A stretch of 64,000 bases of DNA from Candidatus Terrybacteria bacterium RIFCSPHIGHO2_01_FULL_43_35 (GCA_001822815.1 MHSR01000013.1:85093-149092); one strand, 5' to 3'; positions 1 through 10,535 are shown, counted from the stretch's first letter. Translations and numbers: made by a program. Notes: generated by a model not told the origin, from the letters alone.

Positions 1-207
1 GAAATCGAAGGCAATCCAGTAGCGCGTGTACTAATCAACAAGTTGGGGCCGGTTGGCGGATCGCTATTCTTGAAATCGTTTTTGATACCGCTTGTTTTCA
101 TAAATCTATATGTGGGATCGTCTTTGCTCCCTCTAGCTGCCTTGGCAATAGTCTTTGGGTTGGTGGCCACAAATAACTACCTCACTATTTGGCATCTCAA
201 ATTATAA
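1..207 (+). CDS. 3' end of a small membrane protein (DUF5658-like), truncated by the window edge
   Basis: Frame 1 reads EIEGNPVARVLINKLG...FGLVATNNYLTIWHLKL*; hydrophobic, with E-x-NP and late NN motifs. Confidence 0.5.
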   Translation, partial: EIEGNPVARVLINKLGPVGGSLFLKSFLIPLVFINLYVGSSLLPLAALAIVFGLVATNNYLTIWHLKL

Positions 208-280
208 TTATTTCCGTTGTGGTTATACTACAAATAGTCTTCTTCCCAAATTAATGGTGCTGTTTTAAATAAATGTGCAT

Positions 281-305
281 AAATGCGCTCAGAATGAGCG
301 CATTT
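281..305. terminator. Intrinsic terminator-like hairpin
   Basis: AAATGCGCTC-agaat-GAGCGCATTT, perfect 10-bp stem. Confidence 0.5.
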
Positions 306-432
306 TAGCTTACTGGGATTTCATTTAATCAACCGAATTAAATGCGGGGTTGCCATTTTTATTAAAACTGATAAGCTATCCTAAGATAAAAGGTGGCCGT
401 AACAACAAACCCCAAATTTTTTAGTTAAACTT

Positions 433-693
433 ATGCCCGTAACCACATCAGCAAAAAAGGCGCTTAGGCAATCAACCAAACGCCGGCAAGCAAACCAAAA
501 AAACAAACGCGCCGTAGATTCTGCCGAAAAACAAATCAAAAAGCTGGTTAAAACCGGCAAACGTCAAGAAGCCTTGCAATATCTGCCCAGGGCTTATAAG
601 GTTTTGGACAAGGCGGCCAAAAAAGGCGTTATCGAAAAAAATACAGCCGCACGAAAAAAATCACGGCTGGCCAAATTGATAAACCGCAGGTAG
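433..693 (+). CDS. rpsT: 30S ribosomal protein S20
   Basis: SAKKALRQ...LDKAAKKGVIEKNTAARKKSRL, typical S20. Confidence 0.97.
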   Translation: MPVTTSAKKALRQSTKRRQANQKNKRAVDSAEKQIKKLVKTGKRQEALQYLPRAYKVLDKAAKKGVIEKNTAARKKSRLAKLINRR

Positions 694-694
694 T

Positions 695-1642
695 TTAAGT
701 TGCCGCCACTAGCAGTGTTAAGGCCAGGCGCGCGTCAAACGCGCCTGTTTTTATAGCTAAATCATAATTAGCCAAGCGCTCAAAAACCGCCCCAATTTCT
801 GCTTGCGGCCATCTTTTAAGTTGCGCGGAGAGTTTATTGACTACGTATGGATGCGCTCCCAATATTTTTGCGGTGTTTAAGGGCAATCTTCCTGCTTGAT
901 TCAATGCGAAAAGCTGTGCAAGATATTCAAACTGTTTAACCAGTAAATAAAAAAGGCCGTTTACGTCTTCGCCTTTTGCCGCCAGCATTTCGAGTTCATA
1001 TAAAGCGCGCTGTTTGTTTTTCCCCAAGAAGTAATCTACGAACGGAAAAACACCGGAATCTATGCTAGCCGGAGTTATTTCTTCAACTATACTCAAGGTA
1101 ATTGTTTCTTTATTTGCACCGCTCCAAGAAGCCAACTTATGGCACTCGTTGCTTAGCATCCATAAATCTGGTCCGATCGTGTTGATTAAAAAAACCAAAG
1201 CTTCAGGGGTAATTTTTATGCCGCGAGCGGCAAAAAACTTTTTGATCCACAGTGTTATTTTATCCCGCTTCAAAAAGGCAAATTCCTGAACCTTACCGTG
1301 TGTTTTTAAAAGCGCTGGAAGCTGACTTTTGTTCTCGAGCTTTCCTTCATGGAAAACGACGATATTATCCGTAGACTTATCCAGTTTGAATTTGCCGATT
1401 AAACTTTCTAAATATTCATAAATATTCTTCTCGTTGCTGGCATTATTTACAACAATTAAACGGAACGGTGTAAATAATGACGGCGTCTCAAGCTCGTGCT
1501 CAATAACGCGTATATTGTCCTCGCCCGCATCAATACGCCGAAGATTCAACTGCTCTTTATAGAGACTGCGGGCGCGCGATATTATTTCATTAACCCTTGT
1601 CAGGCTACGAAATGTATCTTCACCGTATAAAAGATAAATCAT
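695..1642 (-). CDS. holA: DNA polymerase III delta subunit
   Basis: MIYLLYGED start, L.NE..KL, HPY, D.AIKTG motifs; convergent with rpsT. Confidence 0.92.
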   Translation of the reverse strand: MIYLLYGEDTFRSLTRVNEIISRARSLYKEQLNLRRIDAGEDNIRVIEHELETPSLFTPFRLIVVNNASNEKNIYEYLESLIGKFKLDKSTDNIVVFHEGKLENKSQLPALLKTHGKVQEFAFLKRDKITLWIKKFFAARGIKITPEALVFLINTIGPDLWMLSNECHKLASWSGANKETITLSIVEEITPASIDSGVFPFVDYFLGKNKQRALYELEMLAAKGEDVNGLFYLLVKQFEYLAQLFALNQAGRLPLNTAKILGAHPYVVNKLSAQLKRWPQAEIGAVFERLANYDLAIKTGAFDARLALTLLVAAT

Positions 1643-1655
1643 ATTAGATTAGCAA

Positions 1656-2774
1656 TTAAGATACCGGCGTATAGGAGATGTTTGTTTTTTGATCGATGTA
1701 CTCCAGCCATATTTTACCTGGAACCAAAGGTATTTCTTGACCCTGCTCGTCCAGGAACAACAGACGGGCGGATAAATTATTGATGTCTTTATCCCAGGTC
1801 GCTTTAATCTCCTTTCCCGTGCGATAAATAATAGCCTCTCCCCTTCCGGTCACCTTGACATCATTATACTGCCCTTCAATTTGTCGTGACGTGGTCTTGA
1901 TAATAATTACGTTTGGGGACGCCACCTGCAAACCAGTATTTTTATCTACCTCTTTTGTTCCGCCTCTGAAACGAAGAAAGGTTTTTTTGTCAGGATCAAA
2001 AACCCATCTCACTGCAAATGTTCCGGGGTATTTAATATCTAGGTTAAACCACTGTTCTGCAAGTTCCGTTTGATCTTTATTGATCCTTTTATAACCATAA
2101 CCTGGATTTTGTAGAACCCGAAAGCTGGCACGCTGAGATGCGTCGCGAAGGCGCTGGAGGTTTGAAAATCCATTGTTGGGCGCTGCAATGCCCTTTTTCC
2201 TGTAATAAGCGCCAAATCGATTTTGGAGTGCGTCCAGATTATCTATAATTTTTTTCTTCAATTCATCAAGTGCGAAATGCGACCCGCCCCAATGAGCGAA
2301 AACAGCATCAAAAGCCGCTGCTAGAGGAATAAAATCATCCCTGGCGCTCCTAACAGATCCTATTTCTTTAGCATCGGTACATTGGAATAAAGCCAAAAAC
2401 CTATTAATGCCCCTGGTGATTACTGGCATTTCTATAACCACATCGGCTTGGCCTATACCGGATAGGGGCCTGGTCACGGCATCACCCGCCAGCATAACGC
2501 CAATTGGCCTCAAAAGATTTTTATTCTTATCTAAACCGTCTGGACAGTAGTCTCCGACCAGGGAATCATTTTTAACTTCTCCTATTGTCTGCCCCGCAGA
2601 CGCTGCTACGCCATACGTTTGTTCTAAACTATTATGTCTATTTAGTAGAGTATTCTCAAAAATTACATTGCGTTCAGTATTCGAAAGCATTATATATAAA
2701 TAAACAGCCGTAAGGCCAATTGTCAAAATGGCTATCAAAAACAGTGGTGCTGACTTTTTGATCCGCTTTGCCAT
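1656..2774 (-). CDS. DUF3048 (YerB-like) membrane-anchored protein
   Basis: N-terminal TM; RP.SGI..ADVV.E, IGSVRSAR, HWGGS, APNN, L.PGKIW motifs. Confidence 0.85.
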   Translation of the reverse strand: MAKRIKKSAPLFLIAILTIGLTAVYLYIMLSNTERNVIFENTLLNRHNSLEQTYGVAASAGQTIGEVKNDSLVGDYCPDGLDKNKNLLRPIGVMLAGDAVTRPLSGIGQADVVIEMPVITRGINRFLALFQCTDAKEIGSVRSARDDFIPLAAAFDAVFAHWGGSHFALDELKKKIIDNLDALQNRFGAYYRKKGIAAPNNGFSNLQRLRDASQRASFRVLQNPGYGYKRINKDQTELAEQWFNLDIKYPGTFAVRWVFDPDKKTFLRFRGGTKEVDKNTGLQVASPNVIIIKTTSRQIEGQYNDVKVTGRGEAIIYRTGKEIKATWDKDINNLSARLLFLDEQGQEIPLVPGKIWLEYIDQKTNISYTPVS

Positions 2775-2862
2775 AATGTAATGGGGTGGCTATTAAATAT
2801 CCTCGATCTTGCTCGACCGAGGATCTTATCTATTTTAACAAGAAAAAATAGTTTGCTTAAAA

Positions 2863-3279
2863 CTAACGCTTCGTGCTCAAAACATTCTTGATTTTTGTTA
2901 TTATTTCTCCAGGAGTAAAGTGAGCCTTAATTAGAAAATCCGTTGCCCCCAAGCTTAAACCTTTTTCAACATCTTCACGCTGCCCCAGGTTTGAAAGTAT
3001 GACCACGGGAATGGTTTGGCTGTCTGGCATTTCTCTTATTTTTTTCAAGACCTCAAAACCGCTCATGCCGGGGAGAATTAGATCAAGTAGAACAATGTCC
3101 GGTTTCTGTTCGGATAACTTGCGTAATCCGCTTTCGCCATCAACTGTCTGCATGACATCAAATTTTTCTTTCTCAAGTTTCTGGGCTATCAATTCGCGTA
3201 AAAAACGGTCATCTTCTATTAGCAAGACTTTAGCTATAGTAGCGTTGTCGTTTGCGTTAGTTGGTTGTTCATTGGCCAT
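2863..3279 (-). CDS. Single-domain response regulator (REC only)
   Basis: LLIEDD, LLDLILPGMSG, PVVILSN, FLIK; no output domain. Confidence 0.92.
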   Translation of the reverse strand: MANEQPTNANDNATIAKVLLIEDDRFLRELIAQKLEKEKFDVMQTVDGESGLRKLSEQKPDIVLLDLILPGMSGFEVLKKIREMPDSQTIPVVILSNLGQREDVEKGLSLGATDFLIKAHFTPGEIITKIKNVLSTKR

Positions 3280-3369
3280 AAGATTTTATTTTAAGTGAAT
3301 TATAACGCTTTTTTCATTATACAACAATTCTATAATCGCAGCAAACTCTGCAAATAAATTTGGGGTAGG

Positions 3370-4569
3370 CTATTCTATTTCGGGAACGAAACCGCTGTCT
3401 TTTTGTTTAAAGGGGATAGTGAAAGTAAACACCGACCCATGACCTTCTTGCGATTCCGCCCATATTTTACCGCCGTGTCGCTCTATTATATTTTTAACTA
3501 TGAAAAGTCCCAGTCCGGTCCCGGAACTTTGCATGCGAATAACGTTTGAAGCTCTGAAAAATTTAACGAATAATTTTTTGATCTCGTCTTTGGGTATGCC
3601 CACGCCAGTATCGGTTATTGAAACTCGAATTTCTTCTTCTAAGGCCTCGCTTTTAATCGTGATTTTCCCGCCGGCCAAAGTATAATTTATGGCGTTAGAC
3701 AGAAGATTATTAATTGCCAACCCAATTCTTTCTTCATCTATGGCAATTAGAGGAATGGGTGCGGGCGAGTGAATAAACTCTAGTTTAATGTTCTTGCCTA
3801 GAGCTATCAAATAAAATTCTTCCTTAACCGACTCAATGATTTTTTCTATGTATGCGCTCTTAAAGTTGTAGCCTATCCTGCCTTCCTCAATTCGAGAAAC
3901 ATCCAGAAGTTCATTAACTAAAGCAATCAATCTTTCGTTCGCGGTCGAGGCACGTTCTATGGCTTGCTTCTGTTCGGAAGTCATAGCCCCCCAATCCTCA
4001 TCCAAGAGCATCCTGAAGGTCCATTTTATTCCAGAAAGAGGGGCTCGGAGCTGGTGTGCGGCTATAGAAATAAATTCCGATTTGAGCTTATTCATTTTTT
4101 CTTCTTGCTCATTAGCCTTATCTATATATTCTGACATTTCATTAAAGTGCTGTGCCAGATCGCCGAATTCGTCGTGATTCCTTACCGGAACCCTTACGTT
4201 TCTTTTTCCTGCTGATAAATCTCCAAAAGCCTTACGCAAATCAAGTATGGGCTTGATAAAAGAGGTGCTTATTAAATAGGCAATTAGTATTAAACTGGAT
4301 GACGCCAGAAAAACAGCTAAAGTTATCAGTCCTACGAGCTCCAGGACTTTATCCAAATCGTCTTGGACCGAATGCCCTACCAACACGACACCTGAAAAAA
4401 TGATTGCTCGGAAAGCAGCCTCGTATGCTTGTATTGAGAAAAGCAGGGCAAAAATAAGTGGCAGTACGCCAAAAACCGTCACGGTAGCCAATATCTTTCC
4501 CGCTATTGAAAACCTGAATTTTTTGCTGTGCGTTTTTGGTTCTGGATATTTCGCTAGTTGTTCGTTCAT
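3370..4569 (-). CDS. Sensor histidine kinase (2 TM, HAMP, HisKA, HATPase)
   Basis: AAHQLRAPL H-box, NLLSNAINY, DTGVGI, GTGLGL; HAMP DEFGDLA. Confidence 0.93.
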   Translation of the reverse strand: MNEQLAKYPEPKTHSKKFRFSIAGKILATVTVFGVLPLIFALLFSIQAYEAAFRAIIFSGVVLVGHSVQDDLDKVLELVGLITLAVFLASSSLILIAYLISTSFIKPILDLRKAFGDLSAGKRNVRVPVRNHDEFGDLAQHFNEMSEYIDKANEQEEKMNKLKSEFISIAAHQLRAPLSGIKWTFRMLLDEDWGAMTSEQKQAIERASTANERLIALVNELLDVSRIEEGRIGYNFKSAYIEKIIESVKEEFYLIALGKNIKLEFIHSPAPIPLIAIDEERIGLAINNLLSNAINYTLAGGKITIKSEALEEEIRVSITDTGVGIPKDEIKKLFVKFFRASNVIRMQSSGTGLGLFIVKNIIERHGGKIWAESQEGHGSVFTFTIPFKQKDSGFVPEIE

Positions 4570-4576
4570 AAACTAA

Positions 4577-6790
4577 CTATTTCTTCCATAATAGCATGTC
4601 TCCCCAGCTTGACCCATACGAAACCGATACTTCAAGCGGCGCTTTCAGTTTAACTGCTTCTGTCATTGCCTTTATTATTTTGGGCGCCAAGTAATCCAAT
4701 GAATCCTGGTTAATTTCAAACAAAATCTCATCGTGAACTTGGAGCAGCATGTCCCCAGAATTTTCGTTTTCTTCAAGCGTCCTTGTACATTCCAAAAGGG
4801 CAAATTTCATAATGTCGGCAGCCGTGCCCTGAATGGGCATATTTACTGCGGCCCTCTCCCCTTGCGCGCGCATGACGGGGTTAGGCGACAAGGCTTCTGG
4901 TATAAACCGCTTGCGCCCAAACATTGTCTCAGCAAAACCCAGTTCCCGAGCTTTATTTTTGGTGTTTTGTATCCAAGTGGCTACATCCGGAAATTGACCG
5001 AAGTATTCGGCTATAAAATCCCGGGCTTCGTCATGGTTCATATCCGTTTCTTCTGCAAGCCTTTTGGAACCCATGCCGTAAAGAATTCCGAAATTCAACG
5101 TTTTAGCTCTACTCCGCATATCTGGTGTTACGTTTTCGATTTTCACATGGAATATTTTTGATGCGGTCAGTACGTGGATATCTTGGCCTAGAAGAAAGGT
5201 ATCAATCATTGTGCGGTCTCCGGAGAGATGCGCTATAACCCTAAGTTCTATTTGTGAGTAGTCAGCGGATAATAAAAAACGTCCTTTTGGCGCTATAAAA
5301 GCCTTACGTACGGCACGACCGTATTCCGATTTTATAGGAATATTCTGCAAATTTGGTTTCATGGAACTTATCCTGCCGGAAGATGTGCCCAACTGTAAAA
5401 AGGTGCTGTGTATCCTGCCGTCTGCAGGAGATATGGTCTTAGGTAAGGCATCTATATAAGTTGATAATAATTTTGCGATTTCTCGCCATGCCAGTATCTT
5501 TTCCACGAATGGATACCTGGTCTCTAGGCGTTTTAACTCACGGAAGGCTGTGGACGATTTGCCGCCTGTGGTTTTACGCAATATTCGCGCCTGGTTTCCG
5601 AGCATACCGACCAGGATATTTCTAACCTGATCGCTTGATGCGGGGTTAAATTCTTTTTTGGCTAATTCGAACAATTCTATTTCAATATCTTTCTTTTTCT
5701 TCTTGAATTCTTTGGAGATTTTTCTTAGATATTCTGGATCTATTAAAATACCTTTTTGGGTCATACGATCAAAAATTGGCACGAGGTCACGCTCCAATTT
5801 TGATATTGTACTTGAAAAAATTCCTGCCGCTTCAGCATTTTCAATCATCTCTAGTATTTCTTTTTTATTGTGACCGCTCTGTGTATTCTTATTATTGTTG
5901 TCTTGAAGCCTTTTTATAAGCGTAAGAAACCCCCATCTCGTGAACAGGTCTTTGGCCGCGGCGATTTCTGGCTCTTTCCACGCCAGATAGTCAAGAGAAA
6001 AAACTACGGGCGCGTCTTTTCTTATGGTAGCAAGGGTTCTTGCGGTTAAAATTTTACTTTTGTTGTTTAGCAGGGCATCTTTAAAACGTTTCAGTAATCT
6101 GATCCTCTTATCCTCACCTTTATCCATGGCGTCATATAAGCCTTCAAGTGAACCGAAATTTGACAGTAAAGAATGGGCGCTTTTATCACCCAACCCTCGG
6201 ATTCCAGCAATATTGTCTGATGAATCGCCGGCCAAAGCCTTGAAATCTGGTATGCGTTCAGGAATTGCACCAAATCTATTCAAAGCGTCTTGCGCCTGAA
6301 CACGCTGGAGCTCCGAAACTCCTTTCTTCAACGCCAAAACCGCGGTGCGATCGTTTATCAACTGCCATACGTCACGATCGCTGCTTAGAATAAGAATATT
6401 TAAATCTGGATAGTCTCTATATAGACTGGCGGCAACAGTACCAATTACGTCATCGGCTTCAAAACCTTCGGCGCTCAACATCGGAATTTTCAATGCAAAT
6501 AGCAAATCGGTTATTTTTGAAAACTGTTTTTTAAGATCGTCGGGCGGCTCGGGACGAGTAGCTTTGTATTCTGGGAATATTTCGTGTCTAAATGTCTTTA
6601 CCGGCGTATCAAGAGCGGCCAGGGCGTAATCTGGCTTAATCTCGGCAAGCACGCGTAGCAAAAGATTGGCTAATCCGTAAATAGCGCTTATGGGCTCGCC
6701 AGATGGTGTTGTCAACGGTGGCAGCGCATGCCAAGCTCGATGGAAAAGCGCGCTTATATCAATAATCAAAACTTGTTTTTTATTAGGCAT
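4577..6790 (-). CDS. polA: DNA polymerase I (5'-3' exonuclease plus polymerase; 3'-5' exonuclease domain largely absent)
   Basis: EADDVIG, GDSSDNI, ADYSQIELR, KTLNFGILYG, QVHDE; short linker between domains. Confidence 0.95.
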   Translation of the reverse strand: MPNKKQVLIIDISALFHRAWHALPPLTTPSGEPISAIYGLANLLLRVLAEIKPDYALAALDTPVKTFRHEIFPEYKATRPEPPDDLKKQFSKITDLLFALKIPMLSAEGFEADDVIGTVAASLYRDYPDLNILILSSDRDVWQLINDRTAVLALKKGVSELQRVQAQDALNRFGAIPERIPDFKALAGDSSDNIAGIRGLGDKSAHSLLSNFGSLEGLYDAMDKGEDKRIRLLKRFKDALLNNKSKILTARTLATIRKDAPVVFSLDYLAWKEPEIAAAKDLFTRWGFLTLIKRLQDNNNKNTQSGHNKKEILEMIENAEAAGIFSSTISKLERDLVPIFDRMTQKGILIDPEYLRKISKEFKKKKKDIEIELFELAKKEFNPASSDQVRNILVGMLGNQARILRKTTGGKSSTAFRELKRLETRYPFVEKILAWREIAKLLSTYIDALPKTISPADGRIHSTFLQLGTSSGRISSMKPNLQNIPIKSEYGRAVRKAFIAPKGRFLLSADYSQIELRVIAHLSGDRTMIDTFLLGQDIHVLTASKIFHVKIENVTPDMRSRAKTLNFGILYGMGSKRLAEETDMNHDEARDFIAEYFGQFPDVATWIQNTKNKARELGFAETMFGRKRFIPEALSPNPVMRAQGERAAVNMPIQGTAADIMKFALLECTRTLEENENSGDMLLQVHDEILFEINQDSLDYLAPKIIKAMTEAVKLKAPLEVSVSYGSSWGDMLLWKK

Positions 6791-6799
6791 AAAATACTG

Positions 6800-7264
6800 T
6801 TACTTATCAATGCCATCGATTGTTATAATCCTGGCGCTTGATTTTCTGACGTGTTCAAAATTTATATTTACTGCTTGGCTAGGTAGACTCCTACTAATTT
6901 TCTCAGCCCATTCTATTAAAATTACAGCGCTGGCATCATTAAATATATCTTTAAGGTCCAGATATTTAATTTCTTTTGAATTATGAATTCTATATAAATC
7001 TAAATGATAAAAAAATGCAAAAGTTTTTTTAGCCCGCGGTTTTATTCTATATCTACGCATCAAAACGAACGTTGGGCTCTGTATGCGACCCGTTATCCCC
7101 AAGCCGCGACCAAACCCTTGAGCAAAGATTGTTTTACCTGAACCAAGATTGCCGCGCAGGCATACTACCGTTGCATTTTTTGTCTCCGTGCGTTTGATCA
7201 ACTTTTGGGCGACGCGTTTTCCTATTGCGCGGGTTTTGATTTCACTTTTTGAAACAATACGCAT
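6800..7264 (-). CDS. tsaE: tRNA t6A biosynthesis ATPase TsaE
   Basis: GNLGSGKT, SPTF, HLDLYR, IEWAE; likely start MRIVSK at 7264 rather than 7369. Confidence 0.93.
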   Translation of the reverse strand: MRIVSKSEIKTRAIGKRVAQKLIKRTETKNATVVCLRGNLGSGKTIFAQGFGRGLGITGRIQSPTFVLMRRYRIKPRAKKTFAFFYHLDLYRIHNSKEIKYLDLKDIFNDASAVILIEWAEKISRSLPSQAVNINFEHVRKSSARIITIDGIDK

Positions 7265-7348
7265 GTTATTTATATAGTATACTGCCTGCATTGCGCCAAA
7301 TACACAAATACCTTGAGATAAAGGGCTGGGGGGCTTAATATAGAATAG

Positions 7349-9028
7349 ATGGTGAATGAATACCAACAAGATGATTTAAGTCGCGCGCGCGAGCAGAAAA
7401 TACATAAGTTACGGCGTCAGGAGGAGGAGCATTTAGCCCAAACGATAGCGTCTCAAGGTGGGTTGCCTTATAAGGATTTAACCTTAACGCCCGTTGATGG
7501 AACCGCCTTAACCATACTCTCTAAAGAAGAGGCTGAAAACGCCGGCGCAGTAATAATCTCAAGGAAAGATAGCGTTTTAACCGTGGCGGTAAAAAATCCT
7601 TCTTCGTTCGAGGTTAAAAACTTGCTGGAAAAGCTACGCAAAGAATCTTGGAGGCCGTCGGTTGTAGTTGTATCTCCATTTAGCTTTGAGCATGCTGTTT
7701 CATTTTTTGAACGTTTTGCTTATTTAAAGACAAATATAACCGGCGAAGTTACGGTTTCCTCTGACCTGATTAAAGAATTTCTATCTTCGATTACGGATAC
7801 GGAAACCTTGCGCAATAAAATCAATCAGGTTTCGCCCAAAGATACTTCTAAACTGTTAGAGTTAATTTTGGCCGGAGCAATGAAAGTTGATGCTTCGGAT
7901 ATACATATTGAGCCTCGTGACGCCGAAGCAATAATTAGACTACGCATAGATGGCATTCTTTATGATTTGTTTGGTATATTACCCGCGGCCTATCATTTTC
8001 TTCTTGAAAGAATAAAGCTGCTGTCTGGTTTAAAACTTAATATTACTGACAAAGGACAAGACGGTAGATTTTCCATTAACGCTGCTGACAATGAGGTTGA
8101 AATAAGAACGTCAACCTTGCCTGGGGAAAGGGGCGAATATGTTGTCATGAGGCTTTTAAACCCAACCAAACTCGTTTCGATTAACAAACTAGGACTCCGT
8201 AAAGATCTGCTCTTGGTTTTAAACAAAGAATTGAAGCGTCCCAACGGCATGATTTTGACCAGCGGTCCAACCGGTTCCGGGAAAACAACAGCTTTGGCAG
8301 CGTTCGTTAAATCAATATCCTCGGAACAAATAAAAATTATAACCATTGAAGATCCAATAGAATACCACCTAACCGGAGTTGAACAAACCCAGGTTGCTCC
8401 GGAAGATGGTTATGATTTTGCAAATGGCCTGCGCTCCATTGTCAGACAGGATCCAGATGTTATTCTGGTTGGAGAAATACGCGACAAAGAAACCGCTGAA
8501 ATAGCAGTTCAGGCAGCACTAACCGGGCATCTTGTATTTTCGACACTACATAGCAATGATGCCGCCGGCGCCATCCCGCGCCTTGTAGAATTAGGAGTAA
8601 ATCCAGAAAATATAGCTCCGGCTCTTAACCTAACAATGGCGCAAAGGTTAATACGAAAAATATGCAAAACTTGCGCTTCCGCAGAGAAGATCTCGTCCCA
8701 AGAACTAAAAAGTGTAAAGGTCGCTCTCGCCAATGTGCCCAAAGGCCTGGTAACCGTAGAAATTAATGAGCATTTGAAAATATTCAAGGCCAAGGGTTGT
8801 AAAGACTGCAACGGCACGGGTTATAAGGGACGAGTGGGAATTTTTGAACTTTTTTTACTTGATGAAACCATGAAGGCTTTTATAGCCAAAAACCCTGGCG
8901 TTTATGATATACATCTCAAGGCCCAAGAGCGTGGCATGGTGCCGATGCAACAAGATGGCATATTAAAAATCCTCGACGGCGTAACAACCTTAGAGGAAAT
9001 CGAGAGAATAACTGGCCCTATAGGTTGA
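7349..9028 (+). CDS. pilB: GspE/PilB-family type IV pilus assembly ATPase
   Basis: ASDIHIEP, GPTGSGKTT, EDPIEY, RQDPDVILVGEIRD, CxxC..CxxC, TGYKGR. Confidence 0.9.
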   Translation: MVNEYQQDDLSRAREQKIHKLRRQEEEHLAQTIASQGGLPYKDLTLTPVDGTALTILSKEEAENAGAVIISRKDSVLTVAVKNPSSFEVKNLLEKLRKESWRPSVVVVSPFSFEHAVSFFERFAYLKTNITGEVTVSSDLIKEFLSSITDTETLRNKINQVSPKDTSKLLELILAGAMKVDASDIHIEPRDAEAIIRLRIDGILYDLFGILPAAYHFLLERIKLLSGLKLNITDKGQDGRFSINAADNEVEIRTSTLPGERGEYVVMRLLNPTKLVSINKLGLRKDLLLVLNKELKRPNGMILTSGPTGSGKTTALAAFVKSISSEQIKIITIEDPIEYHLTGVEQTQVAPEDGYDFANGLRSIVRQDPDVILVGEIRDKETAEIAVQAALTGHLVFSTLHSNDAAGAIPRLVELGVNPENIAPALNLTMAQRLIRKICKTCASAEKISSQELKSVKVALANVPKGLVTVEINEHLKIFKAKGCKDCNGTGYKGRVGIFELFLLDETMKAFIAKNPGVYDIHLKAQERGMVPMQQDGILKILDGVTTLEEIERITGPIG

Positions 9029-9222
9029 GATAAGAGCTGCCGGCGCAAAACTCTAGGCTTGGGAACCCAAGAGTAAAGAGTGTTCCCGTGGAGAAACTCA
9101 GTACGAAACCAAGCAACCCGACAAAAGAAAACCCCTAACCCGTACCTACTAAATACCGACTACGCGTGCAGTATTTAGTAGGTACGGGCTTCCAGCAGCT
9201 CGTAACTCAAACTATTTGTGGT
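9025..9222 (-). ncRNA. Structured non-coding RNA candidate (6S-like rod possible)
   Basis: Closing stem TTGAGttacGAGCTGCTGG/CCGGCAGCTCttatCTCAA; G-U pair works only on minus; near-consensus promoter upstream; no ORF. Confidence 0.55.
9139..9188. repeat. CCCGTACC...GGTACGGG palindromic element
   Basis: Perfect 18-bp arms cccgtacctactaaatac / gtatttagtaggtacggg. Confidence 0.85.
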
Positions 9223-9228
9223 ATTTAT

Positions 9229-9257
9229 AGTATATCAGAATAATTATAATTTGTCAA
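9229..9257 (-). promoter_or_regulatory. Sigma70 promoter
   Basis: TTGACA-17 bp-TATACT with extended -10 TG on minus strand. Confidence 0.75.
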
Positions 9258-9264
9258 GCGCTTT

Positions 9265-10305
9265 ATGCCCTTACCCCCAGACGGACAACCCGTTGAAAAA
9301 GAAGAGGATTTTTTGGCCCAAACCCTCCGCCCGCAGACTTTTGTGGAGTATATAGGCCAACAAAAAACGAAAGATAATCTTTCGGTAGCTATCGGCGCTG
9401 CTCAAATAAGACGCGAGCCCCTAGAACATGTTTTAATTCACGGCCCGGCCGGTATCGGCAAAACAACTTTGGCGTATCTTATCGCTAAGGAAATGCGCTC
9501 CAGTTTAAGAGTAACCTCTGGACCGGCTATAGAAAAAGTGGGTGATCTTGCCGCGATACTAACGAATCTAGAAGCTGGAGACGTGCTTTTTATAGATGAA
9601 GTACATCGTCTCTCAAAACTAATTGAAGAGATACTTTACCCAGCTATGGAGTCACGGTCACTTGATATTGTGCTTGGTAAAGGCGGCGGAGCCAGAACTA
9701 TACAGTTGCCATTACCGCCGTTTACTTTGATTGCAGCGACAACGCGTATCGGTCTTCTATCCTCTCCCCTGCGTTCACGCTTTGGCTCTACTTTCCGTTT
9801 AGAGTTTTATTCCGAACAGGAAATAGAAGAGATTTTAAACCGTTCGGCGAAAATTCTTGGCGTGTCGCTGACGCCAGAAGCGAGCAAGAAATTAGCCGTC
9901 TCTTCGCGTTCAACGCCTCGCGTTGCCAATCGCTTACTGAAACGCTGTCGTGATCTGGCCCAAGTTGAGAAACACAATATCATAGATGAACAAATTGTCT
10001 CCCGGGCTTTGAAAATGCTGGAAATAGACGAGGTTGGTCTTGAATCTTCCGATCGGAAGATTTTACGTGTTTTAATAGAACATTTCAATGGTGGACCTGC
10101 CGGAATACAAGCCATAGCAGCTTCTTCTTCTGAAGAAGAAGAGACTATTTTAGAAGTCTTTGAGCCTTATCTTTTAAGAATAGGTTTCTTAACGCGCACG
10201 CCTCGCGGCAGAGCGGCTACCAAAGCCGCTTATAGGCATTTGGGTGTTAATTTTCCTAAAAAAATAGATGATGCCCGAGACCACAACAACGAATCTATGC
10301 TGTAA
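9265..10305 (+). CDS. ruvB: Holliday junction helicase RuvB
   Basis: LRP..F.EYIGQ, GPAGIGKTT, FIDEVHRL, ATTR.G, TPRGR. Confidence 0.97.
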   Translation: MPLPPDGQPVEKEEDFLAQTLRPQTFVEYIGQQKTKDNLSVAIGAAQIRREPLEHVLIHGPAGIGKTTLAYLIAKEMRSSLRVTSGPAIEKVGDLAAILTNLEAGDVLFIDEVHRLSKLIEEILYPAMESRSLDIVLGKGGGARTIQLPLPPFTLIAATTRIGLLSSPLRSRFGSTFRLEFYSEQEIEEILNRSAKILGVSLTPEASKKLAVSSRSTPRVANRLLKRCRDLAQVEKHNIIDEQIVSRALKMLEIDEVGLESSDRKILRVLIEHFNGGPAGIQAIAASSSEEEETILEVFEPYLLRIGFLTRTPRGRAATKAAYRHLGVNFPKKIDDARDHNNESML

Positions 10306-10310
10306 ACTAT

Positions 10311-10535
10311 ATGACAATTGGTGCATTTTTTATCTTTATTCTCTTTTCCGCAATCCTGTCTTTAGCCGCTATTATCATAGCATTACATTTTTGGCGCTAT
10401 GGCGTGCAGGGAGACAAATCCAAGCTTTTGAGCATGATTTTGATGCTTAGTTGTATTGTGTTTTTCGGTACGGCTCTGGTGATTTTTATTACGGTACCTT
10501 GGAACTTGCTTGAACAAATCGTAGGGGGAATATAA
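10311..10535 (+). CDS. Small 2-TM membrane protein
   Basis: Hydrophobic 74 aa, tight operon spacing. Confidence 0.65.
   Translation: MTIGAFFIFILFSAILSLAAIIIALHFWRYGVQGDKSKLLSMILMLSCIVFFGTALVIFITVPWNLLEQIVGGI

Noticed and set aside
4577-6790. PolA lacking the proofreading domain as a novelty
   Set aside because: Loss or decay of this domain is common in bacterial PolA.
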